Source of the DNA: Trichosphaerium sp. ATCC 40318
Lineage: Eukaryota > Protista > Tubulinea
NCBI GenBank assembly: GCA_038496445.1
Contig: JALMLS010000250.1
Span: forward strand, 1-64,000
DNA length: 64,000 nucleotides
Direction: 5' to 3'
Shown here: positions 51,078 through 63,183 of the stretch, one piece after another
Numbering within the stretch: the first letter of the stretch is position 1
How the letters are laid out: every line of letters begins with the position of its first letter
The notes under the pieces: model-generated
What the model was told of the DNA's origin: nothing
Database searches by the model: none
The model's input: the letters and a program-made list of their open reading frames with translations, nothing else
Translations under genes and position numbers: made by a program

Positions 51078-53556
51078 ATGGTTGTATTTGCTGTTGCTGT
51101 TGTTTCTAAGGCGGGCAAAGGTAATTGGGTGTATGATTTTTCTATGTGAATAATGTATTTCTTTAGCGCTCCTATCGCGACAATTTATTCATATAACTCG
51201 CTCGCGCATCGAGGGTTTATTGGCAGCTTTTCCCAAGCTGCTGGGTTCTGGAGGACAACAACACACGTATATAGAGACTGATTCTGTGCGGTACCTCTAC
51301 CAACCGATGGATACAATGTATATGGTAGTATTGACAAACAAAGCGAGTAATATACTTGAGGACCTTGAAACGTTACACATACTCACAAAACTAGTGCGTG
51401 ATGGCGTGTTAGTGGTAATACTAACTAGTTACGTTTTAGGTGCCCGAGTATTGTCGAGGCGTCAGCGAACAGGAGGTTTTATCAAAGGCTTTCGATTTGA
51501 GTGCGTACAACGTGGTTTAAAAGCGAAAAAAAACCTTTTAATTCGCAATTTGATCAAAAAAAAGTAGTATTGTCCCTTACCTACGCTAGTATTTGCTTTT
51601 GACGAGGTTATTGCCATGGGTTACAAAGAAAAAGTGACAGTGCAACAAATCAAACAATTTACCGAAATGGACAGTAACGAAGAGAAGATTGCTGAGATGT
51701 TACAGGAGGTATGAACAAGCAATCTTTATTGAATTTTTTTTTCAAATTATCTTTACAAAAACCACGTGGCTTGAGGACACTGTGAAGCAGCAAGGCTGTT
51801 GTTTTTTGCGTTAACAAACAAAAATATTAAGTGTTTTGTAGACCAAGATAAAGGAGGCTCGTTTGAAAGCCAAGCAAGTGCGCAAAGAACTTGATAGGTG
51901 CGTTTTTTTTTCTTTTTTTTTTTTGATCATTTTTTGATTAAATTTGGACGTTCTTACTCGTTTCTAGGCAGCGTAGAGAGCGAGAAAAGATGGGTATCAG
52001 TGATATTGGTCCAAATCGTAGCCAAGGTTATGGTGGCGGTAGAAATCCTGAGCCTTATATTATTGATAATAACTCACGAGGCGGTTACCAGAGGTATGCT
52101 TTGTGTTTTTTTCTCTCAAATCCTTTTCGTTTATTGAGACTTTAAAGGGATGAACGTGGCCCTTCTGTTGGTGGTAGAGGATATGGAAGACCAGAACAAC
52201 AACAAGAACAACAACAACAGACTTCAGGCGTAAGATAAAGATTTTTTTGTTGTTATTTGCTTAAGTGCTGATTTTCTTCCAAGGGATTTGACCTTAGCGG
52301 TAAACGTCGTGGTGTTGTGAACCAAACAGATAAGTATTTGAGGAAGATGCAAGAAGAAGGAGATATTGATGATATTGGTGACCGCCCTGCTGCAAAGAAA
52401 AAGCAAGTAGCAGCTGCTCCAGTATCAAACGATCCGTACGATTCTTATCTTGTTTTTTTTCTCGACATGTCGGTCTCATTCATGCTCGCTTGCTTTATTT
52501 TTGTTTTTGTTAGGTGCCTTTTCATTGCGTCTTATGGGTTTTTTTTTAGTATTAATATCGCTATAACCGAGCACTTAAATGTAAGCGTTGACCGTGATGG
52601 TGGTATAAACAGAATGGAGGCAAAAGGTGATTTTACCATTTCTATTACACAACAAGGATGCACTCAACCGTTTGTTCGCGTAACAAATAACACTGATAAG
52701 AGCGTACAAATGAAAGTAAGTAGTATATTTTAACCGAATGAAGTGAGACAGAGCCTTATTAATGTTTGTTTAGCCTCATCCAAACATTAACAGACAACGT
52801 TGGGCTAAGGAATCCGTTATCTGCGTTAAGGATGTTTCTCGTGTCCATTTACCTCTTCATACACCAACAGGTGTATTGAGGTGGCGTATGCAGAGCAAAG
52901 ATGAAGACAAGTTACCACTTAAAGGTAGAAATATTTGGTTTCTTTCTCCATCTTTTTTTTGTTTGTTTTTCTAAGACGATGTTTTAGTAAATTGTTGGCC
53001 ATCCAGCTCTCCAGAAGGTATCACAATAGTAAATATGGAATACGAACTAGGCGAACAACGCGCTTACGAGCTCCATGATGTTATTATTCGCGTTCCTGTA
53101 GTGTACGTGCTTACGCTGAGTGGCGATGTTTTTTTTTTGCTCTAACTTTTTTTTAGAGGTAAAGACGCTCCAATGGTGAACCAAATCGAGAGTGGAACTT
53201 ATGATTTTGACGCAAGATCTTCCACACTTGAGTGGAGAATTCCTTTGATTAATGATGATAACCGTAATGGCACTCTTGAGTTTGAGATTGCTAAGTGGCA
53301 AAAGGATAATACAGATACTTCTTTCTTGTTCCCTATTGATGTAGCATTCGTATCAAACAAGACTGTCGCACACTTGGAGGTTTGTCCTTTTTTTTTTTCT
53401 CGGACTTTTTGGACTTTTTTGCACTTTTTGACGTTTTTGGGTGTTAATCTTTTGTCTTAGGTTGAGGAAGTATTCAATTCAGAAGGTGGTGATCCATTGA
53501 AGTATTCTATTACTTCACAATTAATTGTAGATTCGTACACTATTGACGATGATTAG
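51078..53556 (+). CDS. ARCN1: Coatomer subunit delta
   Basis: [58 protein letters not shown], mu-homology domain (PHPNIN, VNCWPS). Confidence 0.96.
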
Positions 53557-53761
53557 ACTTATAAATTTTTTTCTCATTATCTCTTGTTTACTTTGTTTTT
53601 TCGTTTGCAACTTACCCTTGTAAGATTTATGCATCGTCATTTGCCCCTGTCTATAACGACTTCCCTCAATGTACCTTTAAGTTGTACTTTTTTGGAAGTA
53701 GCAGACACCACGTTCAGTAGGACTGTGGAACCTAAACTACAAGTTTTTCTTGAGTTTTCCC

Positions 53762-54354
53762 TTATTTGTCTTTTTCAGTTCGTGATACTACTATCCATGA
53801 TTGATAGTAACGGAAATAATTCCAAATGTATCAAGGTTAAGTGTAACATATACGTGGTTGTGAGCGAATGAAGCGTTCTCGTTTCGGAACTTTATTCTAG
53901 ACACGCGATTTCTACAAAAAAAGTATCTATTTTACCCTTTGGTATTCTCTCTTCCTTTGTGTTATGAAAAATGCAACAATAAGTGACACGCATGAAATTG
54001 TGAGTAAGCTACCAACAATAATGCCGATAATGGCTCCTGGCGGAAATGGCTTGGCTAGAAAGTGTCAATTTGGGCGGAATTGTTATCTTCAAGTTTTTCA
54101 TGTAGAAAAAACCTCTCATCGGTTTAACGCACGTGAAGGAGCTATTCATAGTGTTAGTCTCTGCGTTAAGCTTAATTCTACTGAAAATTACCTGTACTAT
54201 TTCCTGTACTGTTGTTACTTATAAGTACGCTGTCTAGGGGCTTGGAGGTGCTGGTTAGACTCGTTTAGAGGGTTTTTTTTGCTACGAGTACCTCAAATGC
54301 TATTGCCGATATAAATAATAGACTGAGAATAATGTGCGTAGTTAGCTTATACAT
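53762..54354 (-). CDS. Small type I membrane protein
   Basis: Signal peptide MYKLTTHIILSLLFISAIAFE, short exons, TM GAIIGIIVGSLLTISCVSLIVAFFI, then basic RKR. Confidence 0.6.
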
Positions 54355-54892
54355 TTTGTCACGTGAGTGAAGAACAAAAGGTTTTGAGCATTTTTTCTTT
54401 GCTGTTCCAACAATTTCGTCTTGTTTAGTAATCAAATCATAGAGAAAGTTTAGGGTGCGCTGAATGGTCACAGTTTGAAACTTCTGCCCTGAAGGATGAG
54501 CCTTTGGTGAATGTATGTTTACTTATTAGCTTGGAGAAGCATTTTTTTCTACTACGTATCTGTGACAACGGTGTTAGTCCGCCTTGCTTTTTGGGAAACA
54601 ACAAGGCAGAAGAGGGAAGGCAAGATTGGCATGTGTTTGCACACGATACTTTCACTCCTATACCTTTACTGTCAGGGTAATGATTGATCTTCAGAAGGAC
54701 ATGATTGTGCGCCAGTGTTGGTAAATGATGCTATGTCAATCGGACAGGCAATTATAGTTTTGATTGCCAACCTAGTTGACATTGTAAATCGCACTGAAGT
54801 CTAGTGTTCTGTGAATGATATTTCACAAGGCTTTAAGTCTACTTTTGAGCGTTTAGACGCATTAAACTTTTAACGTTCAAGGCCTTGTGACG

Positions 54893-57466
54893 ATGAGTGG
54901 GTACAAGTTGCGAGAGTTACAACAGATGTTCGCAGGGAGAATAGCAGACGACGTAATTTCTCTCATCTACGATGCCAACAGGCGGGATTTCGAACAAACG
55001 CTAAATTCGTTGTTACAAATGGATGTAAACACGCCAGAAAAGGCGCCTGACCCTTCGTTATCTCTGAGAGATAATTCAGAGCGGGACCTTGCACAACAGC
55101 CTTCAATGAGCAGTCGAACATCTCTGAATACTCTCCCTCGGCCAGATATAACGTACGCGACATAGTTACAGTGTTTTACAGATGAATGAACCTCAATTCA
55201 CTCAACCAGTTCCTATAGCAGAGCATCACGTAATACACCGCAAGAACCGCTTGTTGCAGTTGATTACATGGAAATAGATTCGCCAGGCCCTTCAAGTCCT
55301 GTTTCATCGCCAACACGACAGCGAACAATACTAGATCTCGTATGGAATATTTATTTACGCGTTTTGTAGCTTCTCAAAACGTCAAGGCGTTTGACAAAAT
55401 TAAAAGAAAGTTATTTGTTTTTTTCTTATTTATCCCTTTAGACAACCTCTCCAAACATAACATCAAACCGTCGTTATCGACCTGCGTTTGTACCAGATTC
55501 ACCTATTTGGCCATCAACTCGTGATAATTCTTCAGAAGACGCCTCCAGGAGGTCTAGTAGATCTAGTAGGCGGTCGTTAGTTTCAGACTCACCAAGCTTG
55601 GATTTTTCGGTTCTCTCTGATGACAGTTCTTCAGAAGAGGACGGTGATTATGTACCACCAAGCCCAGAATCAGTTGCAGTACGCTCACTTAAAAAACTTT
55701 TTTTATTTTGGTTTTTCTTTCTGTTGAGCTTATTGCCTTTGGCTCTTTTTAACCGTTAGTATAAATCACGTGGTAGTCCTATTATTTTATAGTGGTTACT
55801 GGTGGTTGTATTGACTTGAGGCGGGATTAAACCGCGCCAAAAGTTTCGTTAACATTCTCAGAAAACACCGCTTTATTACACGTGTATTAACTTAACAATC
55901 ACTCGTAAACCCTGTTTTTTTATGGTGAATAACACTTTACAAGTTGCTCGTATTTTAATGCAAATACAATTCGTTCACTGCCTCTTTTGGATGTAGCTAC
56001 TTTGAAAGAATTATTTTTTGTTTTTTTTTTGTTTTTGTTTTCTCGTTATTTAACTTTTACCAAAAACAGGATGAAACATATGCACGTGAATTACAAGCCA
56101 AATTATACAGAGAAGAAATAGCTGCTCTTGATGATGAATTAACGTCAAGCCTTTCGTTTATACCAAGAAGGACAGAGAATCAAACAAGGTCTCCTGGAAG
56201 GTCTCCTGGTGGAACTTACTTCGAGAGGAGAAGAGCAGCAATAGGAAATAATGAAAGGGCAAGAAGAGAAGCAACAAATCGATCAAGAAGAGCAGCAAAT
56301 CACTCGAGAAGAAGAGAAACAAATGATAGAAGTCCAACAACAAACTTTTTATCTCGGTTAGCTTTTATTTTTAATTAGCCTTAACAGCTATGCAACTCCC
56401 TCTAACATTCTTTTTTAGGAGCATGGATGTTACAAGACCATCTAGACGACGTAATTCACGAGGAGAGAGACGAAGGCCAAGTGGTACGGGATTTTAAAAT
56501 GCTGAAAGCAATTTTATGTAAGATTGATTTTATATTTAGAGGGGAACGCTAGTGAAGGTGTTCCAGATGACTCAACTCGATCTAGAAGAGAAGAAACAGA
56601 TTCTGAAATCGCACGTAGAGTACAGGAAGCCCAAGATTTTGAGTTAGCAAGGCAATTGGCTAGAGTGAGTTAACAATTAAATAACAATAAAAAATTCACT
56701 CACTTTTTTCTTATAGCTAGAAAATGATGATGATGGCCCATATGTACCATCTTTTCGACGTAGGAGACCAAGACGTTCAAGGTAATAATATGAGTTTAGT
56801 GGACGTATTTCTTGGTTTAACAGTTGTAGTGATGAAAGGCTTGGCGGTTTCACGTTTGAAGATGCTACGACGTCTACAGAGGCAGCTGATGCTCTTCGCG
56901 ATTTAATAAGTGGAAGAACTAGAAGATCAAACCCTTATCCACCTTCAAATGAAGGTAGGCGTTACAGAGTGATGCCTAGAGCAGTCCCTAGACATTTTAG
57001 ATTACGTGATCGTGGATTGAGACTGGGTGGAATGGGTGGAATGGGTGGATTGGGTGGACTTGGTGGAGCAGATTCTTACGAGGTATGATTCTGTTATTTT
57101 TGTTTTTTCTATTCTGTTTCAAAAGTGGGAATCGGTTTTGGCTCATATTTATCTGTTTAGGATCTGCTTGCTCTTGGAGCAAGACTAGGAAATGTCAATG
57201 TTGGTGTATCAACAGAAACGTTATCTGCGTTACCAACGTTTAATTATGCAGGCGAGAAATTTCCAGAGATGACGTATGTTGGTTAAACATTTTATTGATT
57301 TGCTCATATTTTCTTTAGTTGTTCTATCTGTCTTGCCGAGTATGATACAGGCGAAAAACTAAGGAGATTACCTTGTTTACATATATTTCATTGTGATTGT
57401 ATTGATCCTTGGTTAAAGGATCATAAGGAGTGTCCGATATGTAAAAACGTCGTAAAAATATCATAG
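54893..57466 (+). CDS. CUE-domain plus RING-H2 E3 ubiquitin ligase with MIU/UIM-like motifs
   Basis: [35 protein letters not shown] (CUE); [17 protein letters not shown]; [15 protein letters not shown]; [29 protein letters not shown]. Confidence 0.9.
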
Positions 57467-57906
57467 CCAAATCAAAAAAAAGAAAACGATGAGAAAAGCC
57501 ATAACAGAAAAAAAATTGTACAACAAAAAAAAATTGATGAAAACCATTTTACAAAGAATTATTTTTCAGTTAAAGATATATTAATAACTTGTTCGCTTGT
57601 ATCTCTACCAACACGTGCATTTTCAAAGGTTGGTGGACGAAAGGCGCGTTGACAAAGTGATAATACTGTTCAGAAAATGAAATGCAAAAAAAACCTTATC
57701 ACAATTTTGACACGTGCTAAGCTCTGCAAGTACATGTGGAGTAACACATTCTAATATTGTTGTTGCTCTATTAACGTTTTCGCAAGGTTTTTGAGGGTGT
57801 TCCTATTTCTTCAAAATTCGTAAAGTTGCAGCTTTCACTGAAAATAATTTTAGGACGTAGCACAAGAAAACACAATAAATTAATTGATAACATTAAAGAG
57901 CGCATC

Positions 57907-59525
57907 ATGTCTAAATACGCAGGTAAGAGGAAGGAAGTGAAGGAAATAAACGACTTACAACGATTAGAACACCATGAAGACCTAAAACTTGTTCAAAAGA
58001 AAGCAAAGCAGTTTGCTGATATGCTGCGAGCATCAAAACACTCGGTAGCGTACACAGGTACGCAAACAATATAATTTTGATCCATTTTTAACTTTTTTCC
58101 CTAGGAGCTGGTATTTCTACCTCCGCAAACGTCCCTGACTACAGAGGGCCTACAGGAATATGGACGCAAAAAGAACAAGGCATAAAGCCCAAACTAGAAG
58201 GTTTTATGGACGAAGCTTGTCCTACATTCGGCCATATGGCACTTATGGAGATGCTGAAGCCGTAAGTATTAATTTTCGGAGATTGCACCGCAGCGTCTTG
58301 GTTTTTTTTGACAAGTTTTAAAGGAATCACCTCAGCCATATTGTCTCGACAAATGTTGATTGTTTACATCTGAGAAGCGGTGCACCTAGATCTAAAGTAT
58401 CTGAAATACATGGTAATGTATTCAAGTACGTACTTTTTAAAGACCTAAAGATAGTGAATTCGTACTAAGTGAACACTTAGGGAAGTGTGCGCTGATTGCG
58501 GAGCTGAATATTTCCGACACTTTGATGTCCTTGGACGTGTTAAAAATAGACAAACTGGAAGACTGTGTGAAAAACGTGGCTGTAAAGGTGTACTTAAGGA
58601 TTGCATCATTAACTTCGGTGAAGTACGTATACGTATACTGCTAGAGCACGTTGAAGTCAAGTATTAACATGTATACCTTAGTTCCTAAGTTCAACTGAAC
58701 ATTCAAATGCAGTAAAAAACTCAAAAAAAGCTGACTTGGCAATTGTAATGGGCACAAGTATGCGTGTTTCATCAGCTGCAGAGTATCCTCTAGCGTAAGG
58801 ACTTAAATTCATATCAAAAAAGTTACTTATTGATCGTGTTTAGCGTTGCAAAAAGAGGTGGACAACTTGTCATTATTAATCTTCAAAAAACTCCTTATGA
58901 CAAGAAAGCAACACTTCGTGTTTGGGCAAAAACAGATGTATTCCTAGAGATGGTATCAAAAGAGCTTGGTATAGATGTACCAGCCTACGATATGTCGAAA
59001 GATCCAATATTGAGTGTTCCTAAAGAGACTAAAACGCTTAAAATTAAGAAACTATGGAAAGGAGTGACAAAAGAAGATGTCAAAGATACTTTTAGTAAAC
59101 ATGGCAAAGTCAAACATGTGTACTACTATGATAGCTATGCATACGTTGTATTTGATAAAGTAGAAAGTGCTGTAAGCGCACTGGCGTCAATCAATGAGGT
59201 ACATACTCAGAAAAAAGCAAGAATCTCGCCAACGTCTTTTTTTTTTACTGCTTTTGGTTTTTAACCTCATTTTTTCTCTTAGGGTGCTGATAAGCTTAAA
59301 AATGTAGTTGCAGATTATGCATGTGGTATCGTGAATCCTGATTTTGAGCGAATGAAACAAACAGTATCAACTGTCAGTGGAAGTTCTATGGCTGATGATG
59401 AGCCGTAAGTTTTTACATGTTCTAAATATTTGTTCTTTTTCTAATTTAATCACCATAGACCTCCACCTGCACTTCTAGCTGAAGTATTGACAAAATTCAA
59501 TAAAGTCCTGAAACCAGCAAATTGA
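57907..59525 (+). CDS. Class IV (SIRT6/7-like) sirtuin fused to a C-terminal RRM
   Basis: [42 protein letters not shown] zinc site, [21 protein letters not shown]; then [38 protein letters not shown]. Confidence 0.88.
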
Positions 59526-59684
59526 TGCTCAACTATTTATTTGCAACTTAGAATAAAAGATGTACCAAAAACTGTACAATAAAATAGCATTAAATACATT
59601 CTTGTTTACATTACCGCTTTTGGAACAAGCTTCGAAGCTACTGTTATTTCAATAGAAAAACGAGAAGAAGTGGTGTTTAATATC

Positions 59685-60621
59685 TTAACTTGGTGATGGT
59701 GGCATAGATGCATGTAACTTTGTCATCTCAGCTGCTTTTTTCATAAATCCTTCTCTATCTTCCTTCAACATTTTGTATACTTCTGAATTATTGTAGTACT
59801 CTACTGCAGTACTTGTTAGCCTAATGAACTTCAAGTATTGTTTCACGTGTTACCATCGTCAAAATTAGTTAGTAGTTCTCGTATAGTTTTAACAACATCT
59901 ACCATCCAAGACACCGGACTCCAATCCTGGTACAGCATCGCTAAATGTGTGCCTCCATGAGCAAACAACTGCGCCTGGTTAGCTGGAAGTATACGTTAAC
60001 AAAAGGGGAGGTTACCATTGGATGTATTAGCTTAGTTTTGAATTTTACAAAGGGAGCCTTAAACGGGTAGTTGTCCTAAAAACAGAATCATCATTTGCAG
60101 AAAATCCGTTGTCTTTTTGTCATTTTTGTCCTTGTGCGTACATTTAATCTAAATATGAGGGTGAAATATCCTTCCTCATATGGTGTATCTTTCTAGGAGC
60201 AGCTTCGTTAGCAAAATAGCTTTCTTTACTTATGTTATTGTAGTACAGGTCCAGGGAACGTTATTTCCCACGTTTTATCCCATGTTTGTACGTTAACGTG
60301 TAGTTTAGGATCGGTTTGATCACATAACTTATCATACTCCATTTGCAGGCGTTTATTGTACGAAAATTTGCTTCTTATTAACCCCTTGAGCGGTTTTATT
60401 CATTTTAAAGATAGTTTTATCAAAATAGCCTGCGATTTGCTTACTTTTCTATAAGAAGGCGTTCTCAATACCAGTTCTTTTGTTCCTACGCTTACTAAGC
60501 GTAATGTGAGTTGTGTGGTAAAATCGCATGAGCCAATAATGGCAAACATCATTTCAGGTATTATCAATGGCTCAAAGTCGCTCTCATAACATTTGTGCTC
60601 CATGTGAGAGTGTTTATTCAT
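59685..60621 (-). CDS. F-box-like plus catalytically inactive E2/UBC (UEV) fusion protein, paralog 2
   Basis: LIIPEMMFAIIGSCDFTTQLTLRLVSVGTKELV; KRLQMEY..WEITFPGP-KDTPYEEGYF..-DNYPFKAPFVKFKTKLIHPM-LFAHGGTHLAMLYQDWSPV. Confidence 0.85.
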
Positions 60622-60724
60622 GCGTTAGGTACACCGTATTTACTTGACTGTACAAGTTTGGAAAAAGTCTAAATTATAAATTATAAATTTGGCTTGCTCT
60701 TCATCACGTGCGGAATAAATCACG

Positions 60725-62508
60725 CTATACGAGTCGGAGAAGGTAGGGAAACCATTGCCGACTATTTAGCCTGGCATCCAAGTAGACGTTAGTGTGATGT
60801 ACAACAAATACATTATTCCAGAAGGTGATTTTGGATATTCCTTCAGATCGTACCGAGTCCTACTGGTTAAGAGTATGTTGAACAAATGCAATTGTTGGTG
60901 TTAATTAAATAAATATACTGATGCCACGCCGTCTAGTTGGGATCCTTTCGGGCCTTTCGTACTTTCATAATAAGACTTCGACAGTCAACATTTAGTGTTT
61001 GTTTCTTTTAATAATATGGCAATCGTGATCAGTACTTAGGGATCTTGATAACACTTCATAAGCATCATTGAGGCAAAAAGACTGGCATCAGTGATTCTAC
61101 AATAGTTTCGGTCACTTTTGGAATTGAAAACGTGATTCTGATTGTATGTACATCCAAGCTCTCCTCCTCAATCAAAGTCTACACAAAAGAGTATCAAACA
61201 ATGAAGTTGCAAGCGATTTTGTAGGTGTAGTAAAACGTACAGCTGATTCTAAGAATGCACACAATATAGTCACAAGTTTTTCACGCATCAACTTGTTGTG
61301 TACTACTACATTGACATTTGTTTCCAACAATGGACTACGTCGATATTAGTAAACAGCCTACTTAAAACAACAATTGACGCACTCTACACCGATCAAATAA
61401 TCGTGGTGCATTGCTTTTCGATCAACTAAAGTTGAGTAATATATCACCACAAATGTTTCTGATCCTACCATTGCTCGTTTCATATAGGATTTACTTAAAC
61501 TTTCCTTTGTATTATATAAGTGCGCCCAAATAGTACGTTGTGCTTTTGCCCACAACTCTTCCGCTGAGAGACGTAAGGGAGTGAACTTGGTATAAATTAC
61601 TAGTACCCAAGTTGGAATAGTCCCATTTTATTCCTGAAATTGCATCAACACATCTCGCCTTTACAACTTCCGGTCCAATTTCATTATCAGTCCATAATAG
61701 TCTAAACTCACCATTATCGAAACTAGGGTACTATTTGAAAGAATAAATACAGAACAGGTTTTGTCTATATGCGTACCATACCACAACGTTGAAAGTACTT
61801 TGTCGTCATTGATCTACCAAGTTCTGTTGCTAGATATATTACCGTGCCACTTGCTACCGTCTCGGCACAGAAAACACTCTTCATGCGCTTGCCGCGCCGT
61901 GCCTATAAAAAAGTTTGTTGTTGTACTCAAAGAACACTGTACATCACGATGCAGAATTGCTACAAAGTCGTGTTGCCACTGTTTTTGTAGACGTCCAAGA
62001 ATATGAATGACTGTTAAAATTGGTAGTTTACACTCTGGTACATGTTAGTGTAATAACAAGATGTATTAAGCACGTGCTACAAGGTATGTTCATATCTTCC
62101 CATACAATGGGTACGCCATAGTATTCAGCTGCAAACCATAAGCCTCCAGGATCTTCGATACTTGTCATTTCTTCATTTTTCATCAAACTCAATATTTTCG
62201 GGAGATGCTTTGAATGACTATTTTTGGAGAGTACGTTATTTTGTCGGATGTGTTTTCAAATATTGTCTTTTAATTAAGTAAGGAGCGCACCTACATTCCT
62301 CCAAAAGCGTAGTAGTTGATGAATTATCTTGTAATGATTCAAAATGTACTTTAGACGCGAAAAGAGACGATGGATACGCGTTTAGGAGTGTTTCTGACAG
62401 TGCGAAGGTATAATTACCACATATAAACTGTACTGACGTTTTAGTTGTTGGTACAGATGTACCAGGTGCCTGATTCAATTTTCTTTTCTTTAGTTGAGGC
62501 TCTGACAT
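60725..62508 (-). CDS. KCTD-type BTB/POZ protein with NLS, paralog 1
   Basis: LKKRKL; FICGNYTFALSETLLNAYPSSLFA..LWFAAEYYGVP; the C-terminal region is not recognised. Confidence 0.7.
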
Positions 62509-62588
62509 GCTTTACTCTAAAATAACGCAAAGTCAACGTCGTTATTGAATTGTCTAGCCCGATAAAATAGAGTTATTTAGAACTAATA

Positions 62589-62877
62589 ATGTCGATTTCT
62601 ACTTAAACGTTTCCGCCTCTATATGGGCTTTACATACTTGCATAGAAGAGCCAAGTTCGACTATTTGTATGCGTTTCAGGAGCGTTGTGAGCGAAGGCAA
62701 TAAAGACGAAAACAGTGCGAGTTTTCTTTGTAAACACTCCAAAAAATGACAACAAACGCTACAGCTGAAAACTTTACGAGTTTTCTTTGTAGCAAGCGCT
62801 CTAAATGACAGGAAACTTGCACAATTTTCGGCTTTTTTGCCGCAAAAGCGGAAATGTTTAAGTGGTGCCAACATTTC
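62589..62877 (-). repeat. Dispersed ~275 bp non-coding fold-back element, copy 2
   Basis: Inverted near-identical copy of 28843-29116. Confidence 0.85.
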
Positions 62878-63183
62878 AAAAGTAACCTAACGAATAGTAC
62901 CACTACTTTTTTTGTTGTTCTACAAAGGCGTAGCGTTTGAAAAAGGGTGCAGATCTTTGCTAAAACTAGGAACAAAGTGCAACATGCGTATTAAAACCTG
63001 GAGTAAGTTGAACTGAGCTACTTGGCATATTATCAAAGTGACTTGTTATTCTATGCAAAGAACTAGCTGGTAAAAAACTAGAGTGCCATTAGTTTTTGTA
63101 TTTATCATCCACTTTTTTTAGCACCAACAAAGTCCATCGCTTTCAAGATTGATTTATTAGTCTGTTACTTTTACAACTTCTTT

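Noticed and set aside
54446-54458. GTTTAGGGT as a possible telomerase RNA template or telomeric seed
   Set aside because: A single 9-nt match is expected by chance and the geometry does not fit a telomerase RNA.
2742-62877. Three duplicate pairs each about 34-36 kb apart, suggesting a segmental duplication
   Set aside because: Orientations differ, intervening genes are unrelated and divergence levels differ; the spacing is probably coincidental.
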